From Acytostelium subglobosum (Eukaryota), in assembly GCF_000787575.1 (NCBI RefSeq), contig NW_012236524.1:743665-807664 (forward strand): DNA of 64,000 bases, in the 5' to 3' direction. The notes under the pieces are model-generated. The model worked only from the letters and a program-made list of their open reading frames with translations. It ran no database searches and was not told the DNA's origin. The position numbers and the translations under genes are program-made. Positions 36,599-49,747 of this stretch are shown one piece after another (within the stretch, counting starts at the first letter, position 1; every line of letters begins with the position of its first letter).

Positions 36599-38635
36599 AT
36601 GAGAGTTGCTTCCACATTGTTATACATTATAGTCCTTGCTGGTATTGCAGGGATCACATTCTCAGAGAACACGCCACCCTTGGATCGCGCAAATAGGTGC
36701 GAGCCCTATTTCGGAGATGCTGCATGCCTTGGTCTTCTAAAGTCTCCAGGTATGTAGTGTTGGACAGACCGCCGCCCATTGATCAATCAATCACTAACAC
36801 TACCTTTTTCCAGAATCTGTTTTTGTTGCAGCAGGATGGACACAGGAGAGACTCCTTAATGAGATGAATATTAAAGCTATTGGCCTTTTAGCGCAGAACA
36901 TTCCAGAGTGCGCACCAACCAACTTTACAAACATGTTTGTCTGTAACACGGCATTCAAACCATGCATCAATGTCACATTGCCAGACTCCACCACGATTGC
37001 TATGCGTCAGGGCGAGTGCCAGGCTGACTGCATGACCATCTTTAACAAATGCAAGTTACCGGCAAGCCTTCTGAACTGCAGCGATACCTATCAGAACACC
37101 AATATCATGCTTTATCCACCTGCCAGCAATAACTATGACCTATCACCCTACGGCGGACCTTCAGCCTACACTGTCGATTGTCTTCGAAATGACTTTGCAA
37201 CCAATGGATCAATCATAATCAGTAGGTTTGATTGATTGATCAATCAGTCTGTGTCCAAATGTGATCACTCGCTCACTAACTCATTCACTCACATTACTTT
37301 CTAGAATGCCCCGCTCCATTGCTCCCAAGAGCATCGTATGGCGAGCAACAGCTGATTGATGAAGCGAATGGATACACTTTTGCCAGCCCACTTCCATGCG
37401 TGTTCCCATGTCCAGCACCAATATTCAAGGATAGCGAGTGGTCGATGCTCCGCAAGATGGTGGAGGTCGTGTCGATCATCTCCTTCATCTGTACATCACT
37501 TGTGATCTTCACCTATCTGGTGATCAATCCCAAGCGTGATCGTCATTCAATCAGTCTCACATTCATGGCGTTTGGCATCTGGTGCATTGGTATCACTGAT
37601 ATGATCTTGGCCGATCGCGGAACCAGCGTCTACTGTCCCGAACCCGACAGAATGGGTGTTCAATCCGATGCATACTGTGGTGTCTCTGGCGCACTCTACC
37701 AATTCGGTGCTGTCACTGGTGCCATCTGGTGGGCAACAATGGGCTTTGACCTTTGGTTAGTTATTCGTAGAGGTAAGTTCAGTTGGTGAGGCAGCTGGGA
37801 CGCACACATTTATTGATCAAACCTAACTCAACCTTTCACAATCAATATATAGTTAAGAAGCAGATTTCTTTCGAGAAGTATTATATGGTCATCTTGTCAG
37901 TGGTCTCTATCTTCTTCACAATCCTTCCAGCTGGTATGAAGAAGTATTCAGCCTCATTCGGTCGTATTGGGTATGTACTTCAAGCTTTGAATGAATGAAT
38001 GAATTAACGACTAACTGACTTGAATATATTACATTTATAGATGTTGGATTGGTGATGATATTGTCCTGGACGGTGTGTTCTGGGCACCATTCACACTGTG
38101 CATCCTGGTTGGAGCAACATTCATCAGTTTGATCTTGCGCGAAGTATACAGGATTGTGAAGAGAGCAGAGAATGGAAAGAAGAAGTCAACTAGACTGCTC
38201 AGATTCAACTTGAAGCCATTCCTGATCATTGTTATCCTGTTGGTAGAGTTCATCTATCTGTTTGCCTACAACCTCTACTATCAGATCAACAAGAACAACA
38301 TCAAGCAAGACCTGTCCGATTGGGTCCATTGTCTGATGGAGAGAGGCCAGGAGAACTGCACGCTGAAACCGCTGCCTCTGGGTGCGCACTTCACCTACTT
38401 CTTCTTTGTGCGTCTCCTCGGCATTGAGATCCTGATCTTCTACGGACTGAACCGCCGCTCCAAGGCCATCTGGGCCAACTCAATCTTCTTCAAGAACAGA
38501 TTCTACAACATCAGCATGACCCTGGAAAAGACCAGCATGACCTCCAACAGTCAGACATCTGGCCAGAGTTCAAACAGTGTTCGCATGTCAAGTCAAACTG
38601 GTATTGAGGAGAGTAGCGTTGACACACGAGAGTGA
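36599..38635 (+). CDS. Frizzled/smoothened-like 7TM receptor with an N-terminal cysteine-rich domain (CRD), 5 exons. Proposed exons: join(36599..36749,36814..37221,37305..37772,37853..37970,38040..38635).
   Basis: Signal peptide: MRVASTLLYIIVLAGIAGITFS. Ten-Cys CRD: CEPYFGDAAC...CAPTNFTNMFVCNTAFKPCINV...QGECQADCMTIFNKCKL...NCSD...VDC. Seven TM helices follow (VVSIISFICTSLVIFTYLV, ISLTFMAFGIWCIGITDMIL, YQFGAVTGAIWWATMGFDLWLVI, VILSVVSIFFTILPAG, FWAPFTLCILVGATFISLIL, FLIIVILLVEFIYLFAYNLYY, AHFTYFFFVRLLGIEILIFYGL). Ser-rich C-terminal tail. Four GTATGT/GTAGGT/GTAAGT introns. Confidence 0.7.
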
Positions 38636-38764
38636 TCAAACGAACAAACAAACGAATATATAGACACTATTAGTATTGTCCATCGATGGACACAAGTTAT
38701 CCATTTAATAATTACATCTTGTACCATTCATTCTCATTCATCAATCAATCAATCAATTAATTAA

Positions 38765-40657
38765 TTATTCAGTGATCAGTTGATATGTGTTGGATGATTG
38801 GACCAACGATGTATGATCGTCGACTTCATCATCATCCACGACGACACCTATACCACCACTGCCATGCTCGCTGCCAGGCTTGGATGATCGGTCGTCAGCT
38901 CCATCGATATCATCGACGTCATCGCGGTAATTGATAATTGACACATCTGCCTCTTTGAATCGGAATGCAATCACCATGAATACAATGGTGGCTAATGACA
39001 TTACGCATGCGTACAACAAGAACTCTTGCCAACGCTTGTCCATACTGATGCCATCGACCACAATGACAACAAACATGTTGCCCAGTGCAATGGAGAACAG
39101 CCACATCGACATGATTGTGCTCTTCATGTTGGCCGGTGCCTGAGAGTAGGCAAACTCCAGACCTGTCACCGATATCAGCACCTCGGCGAATGTGATTGCC
39201 AAATATTGTGGCAGTTGCAGCAGCACTGACACAGTGTTTGGTGGGCTGTTATCAATCTTGAGCTGCAGCATAATAGTAAAGACAAAGGATAGCACTGATA
39301 TCCACATTCCAATCCAGAGTCGTCTCAGAGGATGGAATTCAATCTATATGTTTGAGGACGGGTAGGGTAGGGTTGGGTTAGCGAGTTGATAGCGAATGTA
39401 TAGTCTAACAAGGTAACATACATTCCTTGTCCTAAGTGGTCGATATATAAGGTATTCAATGAATGGAATGAAGAGCATGACTAGGATTGGTTCAGCACTT
39501 TGTACTTGATCAGCTGGCATGTTATATGATCCAATGCGTAGGTCCATCTGTTTGGCTTGTAGTGTCCATCTACTTCCACTCTGATCACTAATCGCCCAAA
39601 AGAATGGCAGTGGCACAAACACGAGCAGGACGTTCAATGCCGCCTTGACCGAGTCGACCAGATGTGAGTCGTACTTGACGCGAGCGCGATCGAGCCAATG
39701 AACACAGTATGACGACGAGCCACTGCGCATTAGTCTGACCTTTTCGGAGATGGCACATCCAATGACCTTGGCCGAAGTGAGTAATATGCTACCAGTGATG
39801 GGACGTCTCTTATATGATCGCGAGCCAAGAACAAAGACAACAGTTGCAGCAATGATCAGCACTGATGGTAGGCCAAATGCAAACCAATAGCCAATATATG
39901 TTCTGAAGAGTGGCGTGAGGAATGTAGACAGAGATGCGCCAATGTTGATGGCAAAGTAGAACAGCTGATAGAGTCTTTGTACAAGATCCTTCTGACTATT
40001 GTCCAACTGATCGCCACAGAATGTTGACACGACCGGTTTGATTCCACCCGTTCCAACACCTATCAATATGAGTCCGATAATCCATGCCCAAGGTGATCGC
40101 TCACTTGGCATGTCACCCATTATAGCTGGCACTGCTGAGATGGCCAAGAACACGCCACCAACTGAGTACACCAATGAGAAGTATAGTATCGTATTGTATT
40201 TGCCCAGTATACTGTCTGCTACATAAGCGCCAAACATTGGTCTTTTGGTCGAGTTAGTTAGGGATACATGATTGAGCACACGCTAGCTAGCAATGACCTA
40301 CAAGAAGTATGCAACAAAGTTGAAACCATGTAGAATGGAGGTGGCACTGTCATCGCTGTATCCCATGAATGATGTGAGGTATAATACCATAACGGATCTG
40401 ATTCCATAGTATGAGTATCGTTCACATACTTCACTACCAAGTATATAACGTACTGATGAAGGTAATGATTTACTACTTGTCTCTACATTGTCTATATCAT
40501 TGTTATTGTTATTGCTGTTGTTGTTATCACTTGATGAAGTCAACACTTTGCCATAAGAGTTGTGATTACTTGAGGATGATAGTATAGCACTTCCTTCCTG
40601 TGCAATATCGTCATCCATCATCAAGTGTACTATATATATTGTGTGTGTAACTGACAC
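38765..40657 (-). CDS. Proton-dependent oligopeptide transporter (POT/PTR2, SLC15 family), at least 3 exons (ORF-track pieces 38765..39307, 39344..40279, 40298..40657)
   Basis: PTR2 signature EVCERYSYYGIRSVMVLYL in the first coding exon, after a poly-N N-terminus. The second motif is FGAYVADSILGKYNTILYFSLVYSVGGV. About 12 TM segments in total. The C-terminal exon ends with an acidic tail. Two short GT...AG introns separate the ORF-track pieces. Confidence 0.75.
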
Positions 40658-40765
40658 ACAGAGAGATAGAATGAATGATTGAGCGACTGTTGGCCAACAG
40701 ATATTTGTTTGTAGTGAGTCGTTTCAAATTAAAATTTATGAGTTTATTTATGGGTTGGCCTTAGT

Positions 40766-41401
40766 CTAACTCTCCAGAGGAACATAGGTATCTCCAAGTC
40801 CTCTTCTTCTTAGATATAATATTGAATGTATTATTACTGATACTATACATATCACCGGTGATGCTACTAACAATGTAGTAAACACTATACCTTCATTCTT
40901 AATTTCTTTACATTCACAAGATCCTGACGAACCTGATGATCCTGAGGAAGATGAAGAAGTTGAAGTTGAAGATGTCGTTGAGGAAGTTGATATAGAGGTT
41001 GTAGAAGATGTTGACGTTCCTGAAGTTGTAGAGGTTGTAGAGTTGATTGATGGACATTGTATTATTGAGTTGAAGTTTGATAAACACACTCCGCATTGAA
41101 GTGTTTCTTCAGAGTAGTTCATTGATACACAATCTGAATCAGATCCATAGTTATAGAATGTTAATGAATTACTTTGTTGTTGAGTAAATATACCATAATA
41201 TAATAGATTTGAATTACAATCATATATTGGTACACATTGTACTTGTGGATATTGTTGACATGATGGTTCACCACCTTGACAATCTATACCATCACAATAT
41301 ACACATATATTTGCATAAGTATTTGGAAGTACAATTCCATAACAACATCTACTACTACTAATTAATATTATTAAGATTATAGAAATAATATTATAATACA
41401 T
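40766..41401 (-). CDS. Small type I membrane glycoprotein: signal peptide, Cys-rich module, Ser/Thr-rich mucin-like stalk, C-terminal TM
   Basis: Signal peptide: MYYNIISIILIILISSS. Cys-rich module: CVYCDGIDCQGGEPSCQQYPQVQCVPIYDCN...CGVCLSNFNSIIQCPS. Mucin-like stalk: [41 protein letters not shown]: VFTTLLVASPVICIVSVIIHSILY, followed by a short cytoplasmic tail. Confidence 0.5.
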   Translation of the reverse strand: MYYNIISIILIILISSSRCCYGIVLPNTYANICVYCDGIDCQGGEPSCQQYPQVQCVPIYDCNSNLLYYGIFTQQQSNSLTFYNYGSDSDCVSMNYSEETLQCGVCLSNFNSIIQCPSINSTTSTTSGTSTSSTTSISTSSTTSSTSTSSSSSGSSGSSGSCECKEIKNEGIVFTTLLVASPVICIVSVIIHSILYLRRRGLGDTYVPLES

Positions 41402-41716
41402 TTTAAATATTAATATTATTTCTTTGTTGATGAAGATATAAGTAAGTAAAAAGAGAACAGATTGATTGGTTGTAACAATTAATATAAATGTAGAGGAGGC
41501 TGACCCATCATAGATAGATAAACAACCAAAATTGTTTACCACCTTTCAAATAACTGTCAGTTGTCCAATCAACAACTGTTTTGATCGGGGTAGATCTTTT
41601 GATTGAGTAAATGATCACAAAGTGGAAAAGTAGTGGGACCTCATTGGAAGACCTCAAAAAGCCCACATTGTCAAGAAGAGCATGATCATTCCTTTTATGC
41701 CTATCATCGCTAACTG

Positions 41717-42603
41717 ATGGACTTGATAAGTACATATGCTGATGATGACGATGATGAAGATGATCAAGACAAACAAGACAAGGAGGTGAACAACAAAAGA
41801 GAACTAGAACTAGACGAAGATGATCGTAGCAATAAGAGAATAAGGTATACCAACAATACAGATAATGATGATGATCTTCATGACTTGCCTGATCTCCCCG
41901 AGGAACTATTTAGTTCATCAGACCAACAACAGTCAGCTGAAAGATCACAGAATGGAAAGAAACGACAGTATGAGCATGTTGAAGGCAACTACCCAACATT
42001 CGTCTTCGTCACTATACCTATCGAGCGAGAGGACATTGACTTGATGGCACGCGAACTCAGTGTCTTGGCGAAAGAACTCAAGATAGACACGGCCATTGAG
42101 AATCATCATATATCACTGTCACGCTCATTCCCAATGCGCGAACATCACATAGATTCATTCAACAAACAACTAGAGACATGCTTCAAGCGTATACATGCCT
42201 TCTCAATCACACTGGAGACGGTATCCACTTTTGTCAATGACGATCAGTCACGTCTATTCCTCGCCGCCAATGTAACAAAGAATGCCAGTCGCATGATACA
42301 ATGTGTAAAGCAATTGGATGATATACTTCGAGGCTTTGGATTCCCTACATTTTATGATGTATGTATTTCTTGATCACTCGAGTGTTGGATCATCCACAGA
42401 ATGCTAACACAATATATATATAACATCAGAATCCACTACCTCATCTCTCATTGTGGTCACGTGCATCCAGTCCCGATGATGAACTTTGTAAGAAACCTAT
42501 AATCAATAGAACACTGGAACAGACGACAAAGTCTATACTCATTGACAAGATATATTGGACAATTGGAAAGTATGATTACTCAATCGATCTGGCCACCATC
42601 TGA
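41717..42603 (+). CDS. usb1: USB1 (U6 snRNA phosphodiesterase, 2H/HVSL family), 2 exons. Proposed exons: join(41717..42358,42430..42603).
   Basis: Acidic N-terminus, then YPTFVFVTIPI...HISLSRSF (first H-x-S motif). A GTATGT...CTAAC...CAG intron follows. The second exon has NPLPHLSLWS (second H-x-S motif) and ...KIYWTIGKYDYSIDLATI. Confidence 0.65.
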
Positions 42604-43344
42604 GTATACTTTATAACTTTGTGTATTATCTCTAGCCTTCTGGAATCACGGAGCTTCCAAAGACAAACGAATACAAAACATTTCAAAGTTATAATTGTCA
42701 CATCACATTTCGATGTCCATGGCACATGTGCAAGGATGTCATTGTTGTTTTAAGTTTATACGTATGTTTAAGTGTATGTGTATGGGAATGTGTTTGTATG
42801 TTTGTTATCTGAACAACCCGATTGACATAAACCCCAACAACAACACATCAACTCTGACATGCAACACCAACATCCTCACTCAATCACTCGCCCACACAAT
42901 TGAACACACATACACACTCTTGATCATGTGATCATATTTATAACATTAGAAGATAAGATAAACTGAAGGTCTTGGTTTGGCTGGTGTACACCACACTCAC
43001 TTATATATGTGTGGAAGGAAGTATGTATGTATGTATTAGTATATGAGCTCGCACTCGCCGTCCATGGCAAGTCTTCATCACCCCTATATAGGCCTATCAA
43101 TATAAATCTTGTTTGCATCGGGTGTGATCACGTATGTAATCAATCACCATCCATCCTTCAATCCATCCATCTATTTAGAGAGAGTTACTTAATATTGTTG
43201 TGCCATGCCACACCACATCCTTGCGGCGACATCAACAACCCAACCCATCCTTTACGTCCTTCCTTAACTTAATACTTAATATTAACATTAAGATTGATTT
43301 GATTAATTGGAAGTGGAGTGTCAACATCATCACACCTTGTTTAA

Positions 43345-45168
43345 TTGAACAACCATAGTAGTTGTATCATTGTACCTCTACCTATACCACTACTATTACC
43401 ATTACAACTATATAACTTAACTATGACCATGACATCATATCGAAATTATATTTTTTTATTTATAATATTTATTATATTCACAGGGTTGTCTTCTGGACAA
43501 CTGGCTAATTCATCAACATCAAAATCAAAATTAATAGATACTCTAGCAGCAATAACAACATTGAACTTAGGATCGGGGAATTCACCTACACCTCCAGTCC
43601 TCACAGTTCCACCTGAGTCCTCAACTTCATCTTCCACATCATCACCAGCAACAACTTCATCATCAACATCATCCACCACCTCATCCACCTCTTCAACTTC
43701 CTCATCCTCATCGACAGGTCAGTCAGCTACCTCAACATCATCAGGTGGTCTGCTGACAGGTCTACTAGGAGGCGGCACAGGATCAGGAGGTGGATTAACA
43801 TCACTACTTGGAACTATTGGAGGCGGAGGAACAGGCTCGATCGTCACGATCAATCTATCATCAGATTCCACTACATCATCACCCAAGAATAATACAGTAC
43901 AGGTATACACACCGAATTGCAATGGTACGACCTGCCCCAATGGAACATGTGTTGTAAATGCCACCTCATGCTCAGTCGACTCTGCAACTCAGAGATGTCC
44001 AACTACAACACCATATCGTTGTGATGATGGTACATGTGCCACTGATACCTCAATGTGCACATCGAGCAACTCTACAAAATGTGAATATACATGTCCGAAT
44101 GGCAAATGTGCACCATGCGAGAGTTTCGATGGATGTCCACTATCACAACCATATCAATGTCCCAATGGACTATGCGCCAAGTCTCAATCATATTGTCAAA
44201 GATGTGACAATGATCAGCTTAGATGTTTTGATGGATCATGCTTAAATCCATGTCCAGATGTAAGTTGTGCTCAACATGTTGTTTCCCCTCCTCCATACCA
44301 TATGCTGACACATCAGTCGCCAATCATGTAGCCACCATATTATTACAAGCCTATCCCTATTGAAACATCGATACCAATCAATACTGTCCAGACACTCATA
44401 CCGGTCAACTCTTATAGTAATCCATCAGACTATTCAACTAGTCAGAAGAATGTATTGGATATCACAATTGAACCAGAGACATTCCCCGCCAACACTTCAT
44501 TCTCAGTGTTGCCCGTCGCAGATTCTTACGTGGAGACAATCACCATTGGCAGTGACATTGCATTGCTGGACACTGCATTCCAACTCAATATGTTGTCCTC
44601 TGTTATCAACATTACAGCTGTTCACCAAGGTATCGAGCAGACCAAGTTTGACAAGAGAGTCAAGTTGACCTTCAAGTTGACTATCAATATGGGAGTGCAG
44701 CCTCACAACGTGTGTCTGGCCTACATTGACGTCATGAGCAATCGATGGGTGTGCATACCTGGTGCAGTCGAGTCTGTCGTGGATGGACAGGTCACAACCT
44801 ATACCGATCATTTCACTTCATTTGCATTGTTGACTACGATGAATGGAGATGGCAGTGGAAGCGGAAGTGGCAATGGCAATGGCAACGAAGGTGGAATACT
44901 ATCAATATTCAATGACAGAAGGATAATGTATGGACTGATAGCAGGATGCTTTGGACTAGTGATCGTTGTACTTGTGGTCGGAGTACTATTACACTATCGT
45001 AGCAAACATGGAGGTGTACGTCGTTGGCTGGTAGTCAGACGTGGCAAGTCACAGCAAAGACTTGACAAGTCCACCGATTCAATCTCTTCCTCAACATCAT
45101 CATCTCCATCAACCTCGCCACCATCTACACCTGCACGCAGTACATCATTCATCATCAAGATTGTATAA
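43345..45168 (+). CDS. Type I membrane glycoprotein: signal peptide, Ser/Thr/Gly-rich mucin-like region, Cys-rich region with CPNG repeats, extracellular domain, TM and cytoplasmic tail, 2 exons. Proposed exons: join(43345..44259,44332..45168).
   Basis: ORF-track pieces 43345..44331 and 44455..45168 share one frame. Only a TAG separates them, and it lies inside a 72-nt GTAAGT...CATGTAG intron (44260-44331). Cys repeats: CPNGTCVVNATSC, CPTTTPYRCDDGTCATDTSMC, CPNGKCAPCESFDGCPLSQPYQCPNGLCAKSQSYCQRCDNDQLRCFDGSCLNPCPD. TM: MYGLIAGCFGLVIVVLVVGVLLHY. Ser-rich cytoplasmic tail. Confidence 0.55.
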
Positions 45169-45277
45169 CTTAGATTGATTGATTGATTGACCAAGTGCAC
45201 TCATTGTGATTACAACTGCCGAAGTTGTTTCCACTTGTTAATAAACAAACATTGTTCGACCATATTATTATTGCATT

Positions 45278-46133
45278 GTGACCAGTGCTTTAGTCATTCG
45301 CGAGTCACAGATGAACATTCAATGTCAAACGCGAACAGATAAAAACAAGATAGATACAATGTCTTCAGATAATCACAATGATGATCATTGTCATCAACAA
45401 CATCACAACAACAACAACAACAATAACAACAACACTGAAACAAATATAGATAAAGACAGTGGAGTTGTAAACATAGATATAGAGAATGAATCATTCTTGA
45501 AAAGGAGGATAAGGAAGTACTTGGAGGAGAATCCTCAGCCAAAGTATGTGAATGTACCGTTGTTTGTACATAATGATATACCTTTGTCAACATTCTTCAT
45601 GACGGCCGGTGCTCTCACCTCTGTCGGTTTCTTCATTGGTGTACTGCTAGGTGCCAGAAAGAATGGAGGCATTCGCAACACAATGCGTAGCGCACCTCCA
45701 GGTGTAATTGCACTCTCACTCAAAGCACTTGCCGCTGGCAGTGCACTGAGCATAGGTTCAACAGCATTTCTAGTATACGGTTTGAAGACATATTATAATG
45801 TTAATACTGTAAGTAGTCATCATATGCCCGCGAGAGAGCGAGACTAACACCTTCATTGAATAGGTCAATGAGTTTGGCGATCTGATGTCCTCCAAAGTGT
45901 TGGGAATGGGACTTAGTAAGAAGATTGAATGGGAGCAGCTGCCAGAGAGTCCACTGGCGCCTGGACAACTTCAAAAGGATAACAATATAGATGATGAGGA
46001 TATAAAGGATGCGATACAGGCAATCTGGAAACCAGAGAACGACATGTCTGCAAAGCGAACAAAGAACATCAACAACAACAGCAACAACAACAGTACACAA
46101 AGTAAAGACAATAACCAGGATCAAGTGGATTGA
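45278..46133 (+). CDS. Hypothetical small membrane protein (two predicted TM helices), 2 exons. Proposed exons: join(45278..45808,45864..46133). The true start may be the internal Met at about 45359.
   Basis: His/Asn-rich N-terminus. TM helices: STFFMTAGALTSVGFFIGVLLGA and GVIALSLKALAAGSALSIGSTAFLVYGL. A GTAAGT...AATAG intron leads to a hydrophilic Asn-rich C-terminal exon. No family recognised. Confidence 0.4.
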
Positions 46134-46248
46134 TTGATTGATTGATCGATCATGATCTTTATCTCTATCTCTGTCACTGTCTCTGTCGAATTCATTGAAT
46201 GGATGGGCCACACAGACACTCTCGTCTGGTGTATGCTCCAAATGGAAC

Positions 46249-48911
46249 TTACTGCGAACAATCCTTGATGACATCCAACACCTCTGGATTGGTCTCGAAC
46301 AGAGGCTTCACTTGGTCAAAGTATCGTCTGGCTGTGGACTTGACGTAACCAGAGAGCAACTTGGTGGAGACTGGATCGATCATGGGATTCTTGAGCAATG
46401 TGCCCATGCCGACAAACAGCGTGGTGAAGAGCACTGATTGCTCGTTCTGCGCTGACTTGAGACGGAGCTCCTTCTCGGGCGAGTTCATCGATGCCTCGTA
46501 GTCCTTGGTGAGCGTGTCGATGATGATGTTGGTCTTCTCAATCGAGTTGTTGATGATCTCCCACACGTACGGGTCGGTCACGGCGTCGCTGTGGCTGCCC
46601 GACACGAGGTATGTGACGGGGTCAATGGGCGACAGGATCTTGTATGTGATCAGCTTGTCAATCACAATCACGATGTGCTGGTGCGACGAGCGCCAGAACT
46701 CGACAGTGCTCTTGATGCACTGGTGACGGTCCTCCGTCGACTTGATGTTGGTCTTGAACAGCGTGACGTAGCGCTCGACGGCGTAGGTAAGATGCGAGAA
46801 ACTGGTCGATCCAAGATGTAATATACACTTTGTCACCAAGTCGACGACGTTCACCTGCTCCGTCGGCAGTGCGGCAACATATTGAATAATGTTCTCAATT
46901 GGATCCTTCTGCTTGAACATCAACAACAATCTATGTGATTGTGCCACCATCTCCTTAATCTCTTCATCAGCTGTTTGATTGATTGTTTGATTGGTCATGG
47001 GATGAGTTAGTGAGTGGAGGTTGGAAGTTGGAAGTTGGAAGTCACACGTGACTGTCCTCTTGGATGGACTTACCAAAGTCTGGCTTGGGGAACTTGAAGT
47101 TGGCTGTTGGTGCAGATGGAAGGTATGGATGGTATTCTTGTGGGAGGAGTTGTTTGATCTTGTCGAGATAGGAGAGACGAACGATGGACTCGAGCAGATG
47201 CTTGAGGAACTTGCGCTGCAGACTGACGAGAAGCTCGTTGTCAGCGTCGGGCGTGGTGGTGATGGCTGTGCTCCAGTCGGCCCACACCCACTTGTACTCG
47301 TAGTTGCTGAGATGATGGGCAAACATCAGCGCGAAGCGGCTGACTGCCTCGACGTCCAGCTGATCGATATTCTCGTACAACATGTTGATGGCATAGGCAA
47401 ACACAGGGATGATTGTTGCGTGCTGGTCCTTGAACAGGTCGACAAACAGTACAGAGTAATATATCGATTTGAACTGTGATTGTGGCAGTCTGAATGCTTC
47501 AGATAGGATAGTCTGGTATGGTGTCAGTTGGTTAGTTGGTGTGTCTTGGGACCATGTTGGCGCTCAATCAACATACCTCTACGACTATATGATCAATCTC
47601 GCATTGAACTGGCAGGGTATAGATGAACTTGCTTGCATCTTTGTGATTGCCATTGAAAAAGTAGAGGATGTCGACAATGTACTCCTCAAGGACGTGTCTG
47701 TCGATCGGTTGCAATGATCCATCAGCACTGTCATCAAACAAGCGGAACACTGGTCTAGTGAAGGTTGGATAGTTGAATTTCTTTGGAATAGGTTAGTCAA
47801 TCACATGATCAATCAATCAATCAATCACCTGATCATCTGATCAATCAATCAAACATACAGAGTCATCGGATGGTATAGTGATTGGTGGCAATACATGCTG
47901 GCTTGCTTCGCTAAAGTCAAACTGCTTGTTGACCTGTATGATCGCAGTGCACTGCCAGTTGTTCTCCTTTTGTAGCTTGATCTGCTTCATCAACAACTCC
48001 AAACGGTCGTCATTCTCTGTGAACGTCTGGTAGAACTTCTTGTCGGCGTGTGATCGCGACGAGAGGTATGACTCCAACTCCTCGAGCAGACTCTGCAGCT
48101 GTGTCTGGTGTGTTTGGGCGAGGTGGCCCGCCACCCAAGGGATGGTTGTCATCACCAGATACACGTAGAAGTCTGCTTTAGTCTGTGTGTAGTCGGCCTG
48201 ATTCAATACACTCAACAATGTCTCAAACGTCTCAAACATTGACTGTGCTGGCAATACATTAGTGAGCACAAGTCCACCAATGAACCTAACCAACAACTTG
48301 GCCGAGTTGAACCTCTGCTTTGCCAAACAATCGTTAAGCTCTGTGTTGTCGCGTATTGAGTGATTGAGTGATTGAGTGAGTGAGTATCACATTGGTCGCG
48401 TCGCGATCAGGTTGACAACATACCATCGACCAAAGTACAGACGATCTCCTTGCCAAACTCATGATTCTTGAGGTTCATCTTGCCAACGATGGTCGCATAG
48501 ATAGGTGTCTTGTAAGGCAACTGTGATATGCTGTATGATGTATGACATGGGTCAGTCAATCAGTCATTGCAATGACTCGCGAATGCTCGTCGACACGGCG
48601 ATATGATATATGATAAGTTACCATTTGAATAGGATTGTTTGAATGTTGGCATTGTTCTTTGAGAGATCTGGAAGGAGAACACTGACCAAACCTTCGATGT
48701 TGGACTCGAGTGCCGATGTAGACTTGTCACCGATACGCACAATGAGTGATGTCAGCTTCGCCTTTACATCATCCTCTTGTGGTGGTGCAGACGAAGATGA
48801 CGAAGACTGTGCACCTTGATACATAGGTCTTGGTGGTCTCTGACCACCTCCCTGGCCACCTTGATATCCACCTCTTCTACCTGCATTTGGTGATCCATAT
48901 TGGAATGACAT
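46249..48911 (-). CDS. ncbp1: Nuclear cap-binding protein subunit 1 (CBP80/NCBP1), multi-exon (at least 5 exons)
   Basis: Minus-strand ORF-track pieces 48618..48911, 47841..48326, 47042..47404 and 46249..47322. The first MIF4G-like domain contains [31 protein letters not shown]. The CBP80 hallmark [15 protein letters not shown] is present. Further MIF4G-like domains follow, down to ...[23 protein letters not shown]. Several introns contain (TGAT)n. Confidence 0.75.
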
Positions 48912-49747
48912 ATCTATATATATCTCTCTCTCTATTAATAGTTATATATATATATTATAACTAAATTAATCAACATCTGACAAACACAATCATTGACTTT
49001 GCGATCATTCATGAAACACGAACTTTGAGCTTCACAAGACTCAACGACTTGGCCATTTTGCGAAAAACTGACATACCCTCACATCACATCTCTTCTCTGT
49101 ATTGATCAAGATAGATATAATGACCTGAGGCCAATCAATCAATACCTTGAATGCAATGTATTGATGTCAATGTTGTTGTGTTGGCAACATTCCTTTAATA
49201 TACGTGATTCTGTGAATTTCTTTATTGTTGAGTAAAGTGATCGATGATACAATATCTTGTAGGATAGTTATGAACAGGCGTTGTTTGGATCATTGGGATT
49301 ACCAGGTCAACATATAATATATTGTATTGTTCAGTCGACTCACTCAACAACGTGAATTAGATAGAGAAAGATTGAGAGAGTGAGGGAGACAATCCATGAA
49401 AGTTGTAATAGTTTGAATTCTGTTTCTTGAATTGGGGTTGACTCATGGTCAGTTCATTCTCATTCCCTCAAACACACACACAATGATACATGTGTATCTT
49501 TGATGTTTGTTGAAGAGGAAAGGATGAAGACGATGGATTAGTATCAATCATCGTAGTGGCAACAACAACATCGTTGGTCTGGTTGTCAAGGCCAGTCACT
49601 TCTTGACTATATATATGTCAAGTCACTTGACGACACATAACAAACATGTATTAGTTTAAAAGAATATTTCATTATACATCATCTGTAGGTTTGAATGAAG
49701 GAATGGATGAATGGAAGAATGAATGAATGAGTTACTAATCAAACAAA

